Sequence record: KU886222.1
DNA: 32,000 nucleotides
Strand: one strand, 5' to 3'
DNA from: Erwinia phage vB_EamM_Special G
Numbering within the stretch: the first letter of the stretch is position 1; each line of letters opens with the position of its first letter. The position numbers were made by a program, and so were the translations under genes. Below are positions 17,849 to 26,817 of this stretch, piece by piece. Below the pieces are notes generated by a model. It saw nothing but the letters and a program-made list of their open reading frames with translations. It was not told the DNA's origin and ran no database searches.

Positions 17849-18127
17849 ATGAGTAAAGGTACTTTGAAAGGCCTTGGTGTGGTGCTGGCGTGTCTTGTGA
17901 TTGGCGTATTGCTGTTTGTTTTTGCAACCGCTGTTCAAGCTGCCGATACACCCGTTAACCCCCACTGTGTTGCCATTACTAACGACAGTACAATTACCAC
18001 CCAGTGTGACGATGGTACCGTGGTCATTACCAACACCGCAACCTCGACGGTGATGGTGTGTCATGTAAGTAAAGAAACAAAAGGTCTTCCGCAATGCGTG
18101 AAAGACCGGGTTGTCATTTCTAATTAA
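17849..18127 (+). CDS. Small secreted or membrane-anchored cysteine-containing protein
   Basis: [28 protein letters not shown] signal-like segment followed by a 4-Cys domain. Confidence 0.6.
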   Translation: MSKGTLKGLGVVLACLVIGVLLFVFATAVQAADTPVNPHCVAITNDSTITTQCDDGTVVITNTATSTVMVCHVSKETKGLPQCVKDRVVISN

Positions 18128-18150
18128 CGTTATTCTTCGGAGCTACACAC

Positions 18151-19284
18151 ATGCAGTACAGTACCTTTAATACCAATAAGAACGATCAGATGGCTGAACC
18201 GATGTTCCTGGGTCAGTCGGTTAACGTCTCACGTTATGATCAGCAGAAGTACCCCGCGTTTGAAAAGCTGATTGAGAAACAACTTTCATTCTTCTGGCGC
18301 CCTGAAGAGGTGGATGTTTCGCAAGACCGTATCGACTTCCAGGGGTTACCGGATCATGAGAAACACATCTTCGTTTCTAACCTGAAATACCAAACCCTGC
18401 TGGACTCGATTCAGGGTCGTAGCCCGAACGTGGCCTTGCTGCCGATCTGTTCTATCCCGGAACTCGAAACCTGGATTGAAACCTGGGCATTCTCTGAAAC
18501 GATCCACTCGCGCTCATACACCCACATCATCCGTAATATCTTTACTGACCCCTCCATCGTGTTTGATGACATCGTGACCAACGAACACATCAAAGCGCGT
18601 GCTGAGTCCGTCACGGAGTATTACGACCAGCTGATCGAAATGACCATGTACCTCAACTTACTGGGTGAAGGCAGCCATGTAATCAATGGTAAGAAAGTCG
18701 TGGTGTCGATGCGGGCGATCAAACGTCTGGTCTACCTGTGCATCGTGTCAGTCAACGTACTGGAAGCCATCCGCTTCTATGTCTCCTTTGCCTGCTCGTT
18801 TGCCTTTGCTGAACGTGAGCTGATGGAAGGTAATGCCAAGATCATTAAACTGATCGCCCGTGATGAAGCCCTGCATCTGACCGGCACCCAGCACATGATC
18901 ATGTTAATGAAGTCCGGTGCTGACGATGCTGAGATGGCGGAAATCGTTAAAGAGTGTGAAGCAGAAACATACGCACTCTTTAAGGACGCTGCAGAGCAGG
19001 AGAAAGACTGGGCGAACTATCTGTTCCAGGATGGGTCGATGATCGGTCTGAACAAAGAGATCGTGTGTCAGTACATCGAATACATCACCAACATCCGTAT
19101 TCGCGCCATCGGTTACGATGACATCTACGCCGGTGTCAAAGCTAACCCAATCCCGTGGATCAACTCCTGGTTGGTTTCTGACAACGTGCAAGTCGCGCCG
19201 CAAGAGTCAGAGATTACCTCGTATTTAGTAGGTCAGATCGACTCAACTGTCGATGCAGATGCGTTTGATAACTTCGAACTTTAA
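18151..19284 (+). CDS. nrdB: Ribonucleoside-diphosphate reductase class Ia beta subunit
   Basis: [88 protein letters not shown]... and [29 protein letters not shown]; closely follows enterobacterial NrdB. Confidence 0.97.
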   Translation: MQYSTFNTNKNDQMAEPMFLGQSVNVSRYDQQKYPAFEKLIEKQLSFFWRPEEVDVSQDRIDFQGLPDHEKHIFVSNLKYQTLLDSIQGRSPNVALLPICSIPELETWIETWAFSETIHSRSYTHIIRNIFTDPSIVFDDIVTNEHIKARAESVTEYYDQLIEMTMYLNLLGEGSHVINGKKVVVSMRAIKRLVYLCIVSVNVLEAIRFYVSFACSFAFAERELMEGNAKIIKLIARDEALHLTGTQHMIMLMKSGADDAEMAEIVKECEAETYALFKDAAEQEKDWANYLFQDGSMIGLNKEIVCQYIEYITNIRIRAIGYDDIYAGVKANPIPWINSWLVSDNVQVAPQESEITSYLVGQIDSTVDADAFDNFEL

Positions 19285-19341
19285 TACGTGATCAGCTTCA
19301 CTCACGTAGAGGGCTGATCGCTAGCCCTTTATGGAGAGTGT

Positions 19342-20175
19342 ATGTCTGAGATAAAAGATAACCCGGATAACTGGAAAGTGATTCCGGGTTACTCACGTTA
19401 TGAGATCAACGAAGTCGGCGTTGTAAGAAAGATACATAACAAGAAGGTGATGAAACAATGGCTGCGTGGTAATTATACCGCCACTGCTATCACTTCTGAT
19501 AATAAGTCAACTAGTAGAATAGAATCTATTCATATTTTACTGTGCCTTACATTTATTGGTCCAAAGCCCTTACCTGAACCTGGGCACAAACTTGTTACCG
19601 CTAACCACAAGGACGGTAACAAACTTAACAATGTGAGGTCTAATGTAGAATGGTTATCCAATTCTGGTAATATTCTGCATGCTTACAAGAACCGGCTAAA
19701 TAAATCATCACAGCACCTGCGTCTAACCAATGTGGTCTCTGGTGAAGTTGTCGACCTGCATTCTTACCGCGAATTATCCAAATGGATGGGTAATCCTAAC
19801 CTGCGCGGAAGAATGGAGTATCTGAAGTATCGTAACAGGCTTTATCAAGGCCAGTGGCGAATAGAACTTCTTGGCGAATCAGAGAAGTCTTCAGGGTCTC
19901 GTACCAGTAAGCAAGTATGCGTAATGGATGTGGCTAAACGAATTGGATTGAGGGAGGGTGAGTTTGATACTTTCATCTTTAATTCCATGCATGACGCCGC
20001 AGCGGCATTAGGCGTAAGTCGCAAAGGTATTGGTCGATCGATTAGTACCAAAGGACGCCATGTTGTAAATGGGTACGCTATATCGCTATCATTTGACGAT
20101 ATGGTTAATGTCACTTATGACAAAGCGTATGTGGAGATTAGTCTTAAATGGGCGAAACTCAGGGGTCAGAAGTAA
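19342..20175 (+). CDS. Homing endonuclease, NUMOD4 + HNH + NUMOD1-like
   Basis: NWKVIPGYSRYEINEVGVVRKI (NUMOD4), HILLCLTFIG...VTANHKDGNKLNNVRSNVEWLSNSGNILHAYK (HNH), FNSMHDAAAALGVSRKGIGRSI (NUMOD1-like). Confidence 0.9.
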   Translation: MSEIKDNPDNWKVIPGYSRYEINEVGVVRKIHNKKVMKQWLRGNYTATAITSDNKSTSRIESIHILLCLTFIGPKPLPEPGHKLVTANHKDGNKLNNVRSNVEWLSNSGNILHAYKNRLNKSSQHLRLTNVVSGEVVDLHSYRELSKWMGNPNLRGRMEYLKYRNRLYQGQWRIELLGESEKSSGSRTSKQVCVMDVAKRIGLREGEFDTFIFNSMHDAAAALGVSRKGIGRSISTKGRHVVNGYAISLSFDDMVNVTYDKAYVEISLKWAKLRGQK

Positions 20176-20243
20176 GTTCTTATCTGGTCGGTCAGATCGA
20201 CTCGAAAGTGGACGCCAACGATTTCGACGATTTCCAACTGTAA
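20166..20243 (+). pseudogene. Duplicated 3' terminal fragment of nrdB (25 codons + stop)
   Basis: Translates in frame to [25 protein letters not shown], homologous to [25 protein letters not shown] at 19207..19284. Confidence 0.9.
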
Positions 20244-20250
20244 CTGCTAG

Positions 20251-20274
20251 GCACCCATGCTTCGGTGTGGGTGC
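20251..20274 (+). terminator. Hairpin GCACCCATGC-TTCG-GTGTGGGTGC
   Basis: 10-bp stem (two G-T pairs) with TTCG loop, just after the nrdB remnant; lacks a T-tract. Confidence 0.55.
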
Positions 20275-20291
20275 TGTATAAAGGAGGATGT

Positions 20292-20888
20292 ATGGATGTA
20301 GGGCAACGCAATGTCCAGATCTCAGATCAGTATGAGATTATCGGCATGGCGGGTGTAAACTACCTGCCTTTAAAGAAGTCTTCCTCCGATACATACCGCG
20401 TGGTGTTGTGTCGGTTGGATGGGTTAGGGCGTGACAACACTAACTTGCATTATGACATCGATGATGCCTTCACTGACCACTACCGCTTTATCACCCAGCA
20501 ACTCCCCTTTGCCGAATTTGATGGCAGGGATCGTGTCACCACACTCATGCAGAACTGGCAAGGCAAAGCCACCACCGAGATCATTGACAATATCTTTAGT
20601 TCAATTGATCCCGATGCAGGCGCCTTTACGCTAGAAAGCATCAGTGTGGAAAACGGTTACCTTTATGGTGAGGTCAGATTAGCCAATAGCATTGTGGGAA
20701 CGAATCTCTCCATGATGCTGAACCATCCACGCCCCGATCAGGCTGCCTTGATCTTTGGGGTCCGCTATCTGTCCGTCAATACCAGGCTTGACGGGCTGCA
20801 GTATGCTGACGTCAAGAAGATCTGTGCGTATGACGTGAATATCGTCAGCGAAACCGAATTAACCCAACGTCGTAACGGGGTAAAATAA
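20292..20888 (+). CDS. Hypothetical protein
   Basis: AAAGGAGG RBS; MDVGQRNVQISDQYEI start. Confidence 0.7.
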   Translation: MDVGQRNVQISDQYEIIGMAGVNYLPLKKSSSDTYRVVLCRLDGLGRDNTNLHYDIDDAFTDHYRFITQQLPFAEFDGRDRVTTLMQNWQGKATTEIIDNIFSSIDPDAGAFTLESISVENGYLYGEVRLANSIVGTNLSMMLNHPRPDQAALIFGVRYLSVNTRLDGLQYADVKKICAYDVNIVSETELTQRRNGVK

Positions 20889-20922
20889 TGAACCGTTTAA
20901 AAGGTGCTGTGAGAGCCTATAA

Positions 20923-21540
20923 ATGAAAAGAACAAAAAATATAAAGCTTGATCGTTTTCGTAAGGCATGGAAATTTAAGAAGGTTTCGCTGGCATTGATG
21001 GTGGTAACCGGATCGTTTTACCTGGTGGCGTGCGATGAGCCGCGTGATCAGCAAGTGCAGATGTATCAGAATGCGGATGACTGTAGTCGAGCTCGCCCGC
21101 AAGACAAGCAGCGCTGTTCTGATGCGTACAATAATGCCCTGCGTGAATCTGAGCGTACTGCCCCGCGTTACGGATCGAAAGGAGATTGTGATGCCGAGTT
21201 TGGCTCTGACAATTGTTACCAATCCACGGCCCATAGCTCGACCTGGATGCCGTATATGGGCGGATACATGTACGGGCGCAACGGGAGTTACGCACAGCCG
21301 TTGTATTCCTCACGGGTAATGTCAAGTCCTGCCTATCACCGCTACGTCGATGCTGGCGGGCATAGCTACGGCAGTGCCATCTCTGGCCGCTCGATTAATA
21401 CCACACGCAGCGCGCTAGCACCCAAGCCTGCAGTCACTTCAACCATTACCCGTGGCGGATTCGGTGCAAGTGTGGCACATATGAGTAGTTCCCATTCTTC
21501 GTCCGGTCACAGCAGTGGCGGACATTCATCTGGCGGTTAA
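20923..21540 (+). CDS. YgiB-like DUF1190/UPF0441 family lipoprotein
   Basis: MKRTKNIKLDRFRKAWKF...YLVACDEPRDQQVQMYQNADDCSRA...AYNNALRESERTAPRYGSKGDCDAEFG...WMPYMGGYMYGR...SPAYHRYVDAGG..YG...TITRGGFGASVA; lipobox-like LVAC. Confidence 0.85.
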   Translation: MKRTKNIKLDRFRKAWKFKKVSLALMVVTGSFYLVACDEPRDQQVQMYQNADDCSRARPQDKQRCSDAYNNALRESERTAPRYGSKGDCDAEFGSDNCYQSTAHSSTWMPYMGGYMYGRNGSYAQPLYSSRVMSSPAYHRYVDAGGHSYGSAISGRSINTTRSALAPKPAVTSTITRGGFGASVAHMSSSHSSSGHSSGGHSSGG

Positions 21541-21549
21541 GGAACAGTA

Positions 21550-22071
21550 ATGCAAATCCCCGGTATGCCAACTTCATTTGAAGAGCTGTGCAGTATCATT
21601 GTTAAACTCGGGTTAGTTGACGCCTCGGTTGAAAAGACCACTGAGCTTTTGTGGCAGTCTGTCGAAGACCACGGCTACACCCATCGGTGGGATGATCCGG
21701 ATCAAGAGATGACGTCAACAGAACGTTGGTTCAGCCGAGCAGAAGAGTTGAAAATGACGTTCCATGGTGATGTTGTCGCCATGCTGGTTGATTGGTCTAT
21801 TATGACGGGTCGTATGGATCAGTACCATAATGACATTGATTATAAGCAACATTGTCGCAACTGGTTGGCTTCGCAGATCAGTGTTAAGCTACAGCTCGAT
21901 GATGAAGGCGTCACTGAAACAACCCTGCATCCACCAACCTATCGCTACCTTCAAGGCGGCAAGATCTTTGTCATCAATGCAGCCACTTCTGGTAACGGCG
22001 GCGGCATCAACTATTACACCATGTCATTAGAGGAGTACGTGAAGTACATTAAAACGCAACCGGTTATTTAA
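21550..22071 (+). CDS. Hypothetical protein
   Basis: 173-aa ORF, AAGGAACAG upstream. Confidence 0.65.
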   Translation: MQIPGMPTSFEELCSIIVKLGLVDASVEKTTELLWQSVEDHGYTHRWDDPDQEMTSTERWFSRAEELKMTFHGDVVAMLVDWSIMTGRMDQYHNDIDYKQHCRNWLASQISVKLQLDDEGVTETTLHPPTYRYLQGGKIFVINAATSGNGGGINYYTMSLEEYVKYIKTQPVI

Positions 22072-22104
22072 TGTAAGAGCCCGCTATCAGTAGGAGAGTT
22101 ACGT

Positions 22105-22407
22105 ATGGCGAACAAAAGTGTTATCGGTGTGATCAAATACAGCCGGGTGGATAACAAAGACACCTGGACCGTCTACCAGCACGGTAAACACGTTGAGCTT
22201 TTCCAGAAAGCTTTCCAGCATCCCATCGAGGCGTTTAAGCTTCGGGATATTTCCAAAGTAGGTCGATCTGAAGTCAGTCATGATTCGGGTCATTATCCGA
22301 TCGTTGATAACCCCAGTATCCGCGTCTTCTACGAAGATGGCAGTATCGGTGTGGGTGCTGGCGCGTTAATCAACATCATGTTGCAGCAGTATCAATTAAC
22401 GGAGTGA
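22105..22407 (+). CDS. Hypothetical protein
   Basis: 100-aa ORF, GGAG upstream. Confidence 0.6.
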   Translation: MANKSVIGVIKYSRVDNKDTWTVYQHGKHVELFQKAFQHPIEAFKLRDISKVGRSEVSHDSGHYPIVDNPSIRVFYEDGSIGVGAGALINIMLQQYQLTE

Positions 22408-22411
22408 TATC

Positions 22412-22702
22412 ATGGGTAAAGTCAAAGAGATTTTGTATGGTCGTCGCGGTAGCACGGCCGGTGAGATTCTTAAGTTAGAATACATGGAGCCGTTAAACCT
22501 CACCGTCGATGAAACAGCAAAGAAACTGAAAGTTGCAAAGTCTACCATCAGCCGGATTATTAATGGCCGTTGCCGCTTGAGCAAGCCCCTTGCCACCAAA
22601 CTTGCCAAAGCGTTCGCCACCACGCCGGAATACTGGATGAACTTTGCTGACAACTGCACCAACCCCTATCCAAACTTGCGGGCCAAGGGCTGGTACAGAT
22701 GA
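22412..22702 (+). CDS. HigA-like / XRE-family antitoxin-like HTH protein
   Basis: STAGEILKLEYMEPLNLTVDETAKKLKVAKSTISRIINGRCRLSKPLATKLAKAFATTPEYWMNFADN matches the HigA pattern. Confidence 0.85.
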   Translation: MGKVKEILYGRRGSTAGEILKLEYMEPLNLTVDETAKKLKVAKSTISRIINGRCRLSKPLATKLAKAFATTPEYWMNFADNCTNPYPNLRAKGWYR

Positions 22703-22920
22703 ACATCGCCGAACCCATCTATGAGGTGGAAGTCGGCAAAACGTATCTGTCACCTTCGGGCTTGCCGTTCGAAGTGTTGTTCTTAGCCGCCCATGGTCAG
22801 GACTGCACGGTACCGATGGTAGTGTACCGCAACCTCACCCCGACGTACGACAAACCTGCAGGGCAGATCTGGACCACATCGGAGTCACTCTTTCTAACAC
22901 AATTCCGCGTGCCTGCGTGA
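22699..22920 (+). CDS. Small protein, weakly DUF1653-like
   Basis: ATG overlaps previous stop; Y.VEVGKTYLSPSG...VLFLAAHGQDCTVPMVVYRNLT. Confidence 0.5.
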   Translation: MNIAEPIYEVEVGKTYLSPSGLPFEVLFLAAHGQDCTVPMVVYRNLTPTYDKPAGQIWTTSESLFLTQFRVPA

Positions 22921-22964
22921 TGCTATGGCGGTAACTGACCGTCTATCACTGCAGAGGCAAGCGC

Positions 22965-23270
22965 ATGTCTACGAACGAGAACTTTCATGTATCCGATCAG
23001 GCGATTATCGATGCCATCCTGGAATACACCCGTAACGGGAAAGAACCAGCTGTAGTCAAGTACGACCCCGATGGCCCTGAAGCAGAGCGCATGAGTCAGG
23101 AGCATCGGATTGTCACCTGGTTTCAAGACATCCGTACCATTGTTGACGCGGTATGTCAACGTCCAGGTTTCTCCGGGCTTAACGTGCTGAAGATCGCAAC
23201 CCGTGCTATGGAACAGGATATCATAGCACAGTCAGCGGGACCGGCATCGCCTATTAACCCTGAACTGTAG
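22965..23270 (+). CDS. Hypothetical protein
   Basis: 101-aa ORF. Confidence 0.55.
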   Translation: MSTNENFHVSDQAIIDAILEYTRNGKEPAVVKYDPDGPEAERMSQEHRIVTWFQDIRTIVDAVCQRPGFSGLNVLKIATRAMEQDIIAQSAGPASPINPEL

Positions 23271-23291
23271 AAAATAAGAAGACTTTCACAC

Positions 23292-23549
23292 ATGCAATTA
23301 AAAGACCTGCTTACCTGCATTCGCCCGGGTGATGTTATCACCAATACCGCCTGGCCACAGGGACGGACCTTTACCGTCTCAACGGAGTTCATGAAGTTTC
23401 ATACCGGTCGTGGTACGGATGTTCATGAACGCAATTCATGCCCAGATGGTGCGTGGCACGGTTGGTCGGTAGCAAACAAATATGCCACCGTACTTAACCG
23501 TCGTGCAGTAGCGCAATCCCACAACCCGATCAAAGAGGATGTTTCATGA
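23292..23549 (+). CDS. Hypothetical protein
   Basis: 85-aa ORF; stop overlaps next start. Confidence 0.55.
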   Translation: MQLKDLLTCIRPGDVITNTAWPQGRTFTVSTEFMKFHTGRGTDVHERNSCPDGAWHGWSVANKYATVLNRRAVAQSHNPIKEDVS

Positions 23550-23947
23550 TCACCATTACGGACATGCACGATGAAGAAGGGTTCACTGACGAAAAGAAAG
23601 ATGCGTTAGTGAAACTTCTGCCAGAAGACAACAACGGTCTTGCACACACCTATCGCTTTACTGATGGTGCTGAAGAGAACCCGTTTGAAGGCTTCCTGAT
23701 CATCGGCGCCCCAACGCTGGTTTATCACTTTATCCGCACCGGTAAGAATGATGCAGGTGAAGAAGAAGAGACCTACCTGGGTCAGTACGTCCCAACGGTC
23801 GATGGCGGTGTAATGCCAGAGAACGGTCTGGGCCAGAACCTGAGCGACAACGTGGGTACTCGTGTGGCAGAGTTCGAATCTGTTATCCGTAGCTTCCACC
23901 GTAAAGTGCTCGAGCGTCTGGGTCAGCCAGTCCCTGGCGCACGGTAA
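23546..23947 (+). CDS. Hypothetical protein, paralogue of 24964..25362
   Basis: 133-aa acidic ORF sharing FxGFLxIxxPxLxYxxxR...PEN...RVxxF with the later gene. Confidence 0.65.
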   Translation: MITITDMHDEEGFTDEKKDALVKLLPEDNNGLAHTYRFTDGAEENPFEGFLIIGAPTLVYHFIRTGKNDAGEEEETYLGQYVPTVDGGVMPENGLGQNLSDNVGTRVAEFESVIRSFHRKVLERLGQPVPGAR

Positions 23948-23954
23948 GATGACA

Positions 23955-23983
23955 CCCGGGGGTTCTCCCCGGGTTTTATGCTG
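23955..23983 (+). terminator. Hairpin CCCGGGG/CCCCGGG followed by TTTTATGCTG
   Basis: 7-bp GC stem, then TTATGCTG and T-rich tract. Confidence 0.75.
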
Positions 23984-24053
23984 TCTTTTTATTTTTTGTT
24001 ACAGATTACATAGATGGTACTTATTATACACCACTACTGAAAAGGAATACATC

Positions 24054-24959
24054 ATGTCTGAGCAAGTCGCTGTAAAACCGAAGAATTATACCAACCTGAC
24101 TGTCACCATCGCTGGTAATGATCCGGTTGCTGCCACTGCTGTTGCCAGTGTGTTATCCACGTACCTGAACGAAAAGGGTCTGGCCGGTCGTCGTCTGGGT
24201 GAGAATGCTATCGCCCCTGACTTCGCGGTGCAATCTGTTGAAGGTCTGGCTGCTGACCAGAACAACAGTGTAAACGTTTCTGTTGACACCCTGACCATGG
24301 AATCCCTGCAGGGCAGAACGCAGGTCTGGGATTGGCCAACCTGGGGTGACAGCGAACAACCCTGGACCGCACTGGTCGGTGACGAACTGCGTAACCTCTG
24401 GTCAACGTTCTCCGGTGTGCAGAAACGCGCTATCTATAAAAGCCTGGCGGCACTGAACATCGTGGTGGAAGACGATGAGATGACCGAAGAGAAAGCACAG
24501 GAGATCATCAACAACTCTGAAATTTATGTTGATCTGCGCGATGTGCGTAACGACGGCAGTTATAGACGCGTGCTGATTGACGGCGCTGCGACCATTGAAG
24601 AACTCGACGCCATTAAGTTCATCTTCCAGACCGCACGTGAAGGCAAACCGGTCACCCACGAAGACATCACACTGCAACAGCAGCAGGATGCCAGCAACGG
24701 CGCGCATGCAGCACCTGAATTGCCGGATGGTCGTGAGACACCAGAGCTGCCGGATACCCTTGAGCCGCTGGCCAGTCCGGAATACAACCCGGAAGATTTA
24801 GAGCCGGGTACAGGCATTCCCGCGGTAAACCCAACCGACCCTTCGCTGGCGCCACAAACCAAACAGCAGGCTGTGTCGTTTGACAACAGCGATAAAGCTA
24901 CCCTCGCCGCTGCACCTACTTCAGGAACCGTCCGTCCATCCGACGACATGGGAGACTAA
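24054..24959 (+). CDS. Hypothetical protein with Pro/Glu-rich C-terminal tail (possible structural protein)
   Basis: MSEQVAVKPKNYTNLTVTI...; AAAGGAA RBS; low-complexity PELPDGRETPELPDTLEPLASPEYNPEDLEPG. Confidence 0.65.
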   Translation: MSEQVAVKPKNYTNLTVTIAGNDPVAATAVASVLSTYLNEKGLAGRRLGENAIAPDFAVQSVEGLAADQNNSVNVSVDTLTMESLQGRTQVWDWPTWGDSEQPWTALVGDELRNLWSTFSGVQKRAIYKSLAALNIVVEDDEMTEEKAQEIINNSEIYVDLRDVRNDGSYRRVLIDGAATIEELDAIKFIFQTAREGKPVTHEDITLQQQQDASNGAHAAPELPDGRETPELPDTLEPLASPEYNPEDLEPGTGIPAVNPTDPSLAPQTKQQAVSFDNSDKATLAAAPTSGTVRPSDDMGD

Positions 24960-24963
24960 GTCA

Positions 24964-25362
24964 ATGCTACCGAAGTCTGAACCAATCTCCATCTTCAGCG
25001 TCTCGAGTGTTCAACTGACCGAAGCGTCAGAAGCGCACTTTCGTAAAGAGCTGAACGAGGCAGATGCCATTCACTCTGTCTACGCCTTTAAAGATGGCTC
25101 GCAATTTGGTGCCCGCTTTAATGGCTTTCTGGTGATCACCGGTCCTATCCTGGCGTACCAGTTATTCCGGGGTAGTGAACTGGAGTCGTCTGAGTTCGTC
25201 GGCACCTTTATGTACGGTGAAGGCGGGGAAGCGATTATCCCAGAGAACGTTAAAACGGTGTTCAGTCAATATGACCGTAACCGAGTGACCCAGTTTAAGG
25301 CACTAGCCCAAGCACTGCACTCAGCGGTCACTGACCACATCAAAGGGGTACGGCGTGACTGA
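24964..25362 (+). CDS. Hypothetical protein, paralogue of 23546..23947
   Basis: ATG shortly after previous stop; MLPKSEPISIFSVSSVQL... Confidence 0.65.
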   Translation: MLPKSEPISIFSVSSVQLTEASEAHFRKELNEADAIHSVYAFKDGSQFGARFNGFLVITGPILAYQLFRGSELESSEFVGTFMYGEGGEAIIPENVKTVFSQYDRNRVTQFKALAQALHSAVTDHIKGVRRD

Positions 25363-26059
25363 CATCACTTCAACACCAGAAGCAGCGGCGGCCCTGCCGG
25401 CGTTTAAAGGGGTGTTGGGTGAACAGCTAAAAGGCTTCGGAGCAAGCCAGCTCACCGGCTGGCACATTGTGGTCGCTGATCCGACTGACCTGCCAAAGGG
25501 GGTGCAAGAAGGCCTCAGTGCTTTGGTGGGTCGCTCCAGCATCTTTACCTATCTCGGTGCCCGCTGGGTATTTGACAGCATCGGCACCGGTTACCTGCAA
25601 CGCACCCGTATGGTCATTGACCCTGATACGGTTAATATCGAACAGATTGAAGACCGGTCTGCTCAACACGGTATCGTCCGGGGAAGTGAAGATCGTCGAG
25701 AGTGGAACCTGGGTAACTGGGTCGCACACCTCGGGGGTCGCATCAACCGGGATAGCTACCTGGAGTTCGGTAGTCTGTATGCATTAGATCAGATGATCAA
25801 TCAGATGCATAAATTGATGTTTCGCACCAAAGATGATGAGCTGAAGATTCACATCGTGGGTGGGTCACCTGATGATCAAAAAGTTATTGCCCTGCTGATT
25901 GGTGGTGTCTTGGACGACTACGACGTCACCCCGAGCACCAGTCTTGGTAAACTCATTGAAGAGGCATCAGTTAATCCCCCTTCAATGGATAGCCTGAATG
26001 ACACAGCGGATCATTCGTTGCGTCTTAAAATTGAAATTAATATTGTGCCTCGTAACTGA
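25355..26059 (+). CDS. Hypothetical protein
   Basis: GTG start overlapping previous gene; 234 aa. Confidence 0.65.
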   Translation: MTDITSTPEAAAALPAFKGVLGEQLKGFGASQLTGWHIVVADPTDLPKGVQEGLSALVGRSSIFTYLGARWVFDSIGTGYLQRTRMVIDPDTVNIEQIEDRSAQHGIVRGSEDRREWNLGNWVAHLGGRINRDSYLEFGSLYALDQMINQMHKLMFRTKDDELKIHIVGGSPDDQKVIALLIGGVLDDYDVTPSTSLGKLIEEASVNPPSMDSLNDTADHSLRLKIEINIVPRN

Positions 26060-26088
26060 GGCCTTATTTCTCGTCGAAGGAAAAAGAG

Positions 26089-26736
26089 ATGGCTGACATT
26101 AACTATTACGAACTGATTCGCAACTGGGGTAAAGCCCGTAACATCATCGGTGGTGGTTCTACCCCGATCGATCAGTTCATCAAAGGCACCACGGAAGCGG
26201 CAGAGCTCTGGGCTAATGTGCTGGGTAAAGAACCCGCTAAGCTGAAAGATGACATCGGTGATACGCTGGTCTGTCTGACACAGTCTTACGGCATTGCTGG
26301 CAGTGTGGTGATTGAAGACGCGGCATCTCATGCTGACCAGTACCTGGCATCACTGCGTAAAGATTACGAAGCCTACGGCAAATGGGCGCTGAAACGCTTT
26401 GCCCTGAAAGTGCTGCGTAGCATGTCTGATATCTCAACGCAGATTGAACACGCTCAGTTCGACCCTGACCGCCATTGTCCGGATCGTCTGTCTGATGAAA
26501 CTGCAGAGCTGGTAGCCGTTCTGACGGTGATTGCAGAGAACCAGGGCTGGACGCTGGAAGAGTGTCTGGAAGAAGCGTACAACGACATCAAAGACCGTAA
26601 AGGTGTGATGTTCAACGGTGGCTTCGTAAAAGAAGCGAGCCTGTCAGTTGAGCGCGCACAAGAGATGCTGGCTTCTGGTACCGTCGGTGGTGTGGGCGCG
26701 GAATACCTGAACGGTTACATCAGCGCAAACAGCTAA
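26089..26736 (+). CDS. MazG-like protein, possibly with two related halves
   Basis: FIKGTTEAAELWANVLG..PAKLKDDIGDTLVCL and LSDETAELVAVLTVIAENQGWTLEECLEEAYNDIKDRKGVMFNGGFVKE. Confidence 0.65.
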   Translation: MADINYYELIRNWGKARNIIGGGSTPIDQFIKGTTEAAELWANVLGKEPAKLKDDIGDTLVCLTQSYGIAGSVVIEDAASHADQYLASLRKDYEAYGKWALKRFALKVLRSMSDISTQIEHAQFDPDRHCPDRLSDETAELVAVLTVIAENQGWTLEECLEEAYNDIKDRKGVMFNGGFVKEASLSVERAQEMLASGTVGGVGAEYLNGYISANS

Positions 26737-26765
26737 CTGCAAATAAAGCTAAACCTACATTACCT

Positions 26766-26796
26766 AAGGGATAGTGAAAGCTATCCCTTTTATGCC
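26766..26796 (+). terminator. Hairpin AAGGGATAG-TGAAAG-CTATCCCTT followed by TTATGCC
   Basis: 9-bp perfect stem then TTTATGCC. Confidence 0.75.
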
Positions 26797-26817
26797 AATT
26801 ATAATTGAGGATTCAAA

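Noticed and set aside
18151-20243. Group I intron splitting nrdB
   Set aside because: The upstream nrdB already has a full C-terminus and stop, so a spliced product is not needed; the arrangement is duplication plus a free-standing endonuclease gene.
20292-20888. Prohead protease (S80/U9-like) reading of this ORF
   Set aside because: ENGYLYGEVRLANSIVGTNL is only vaguely similar to capsid proteases; no convincing His/Ser catalytic motifs.
20917-21234. Antisense ORF of 105 aa opposite the DUF1190 gene
   Set aside because: The + strand frame has clear family homology; the antisense product has no recognisable pattern and all supported genes are on +.
24560-24949. Antisense ORF of 129 aa
   Set aside because: Lies wholly opposite a + gene with RBS and consistent gene order; its low-complexity Ser/Gly product is the shadow of Pro/Glu-rich codons.
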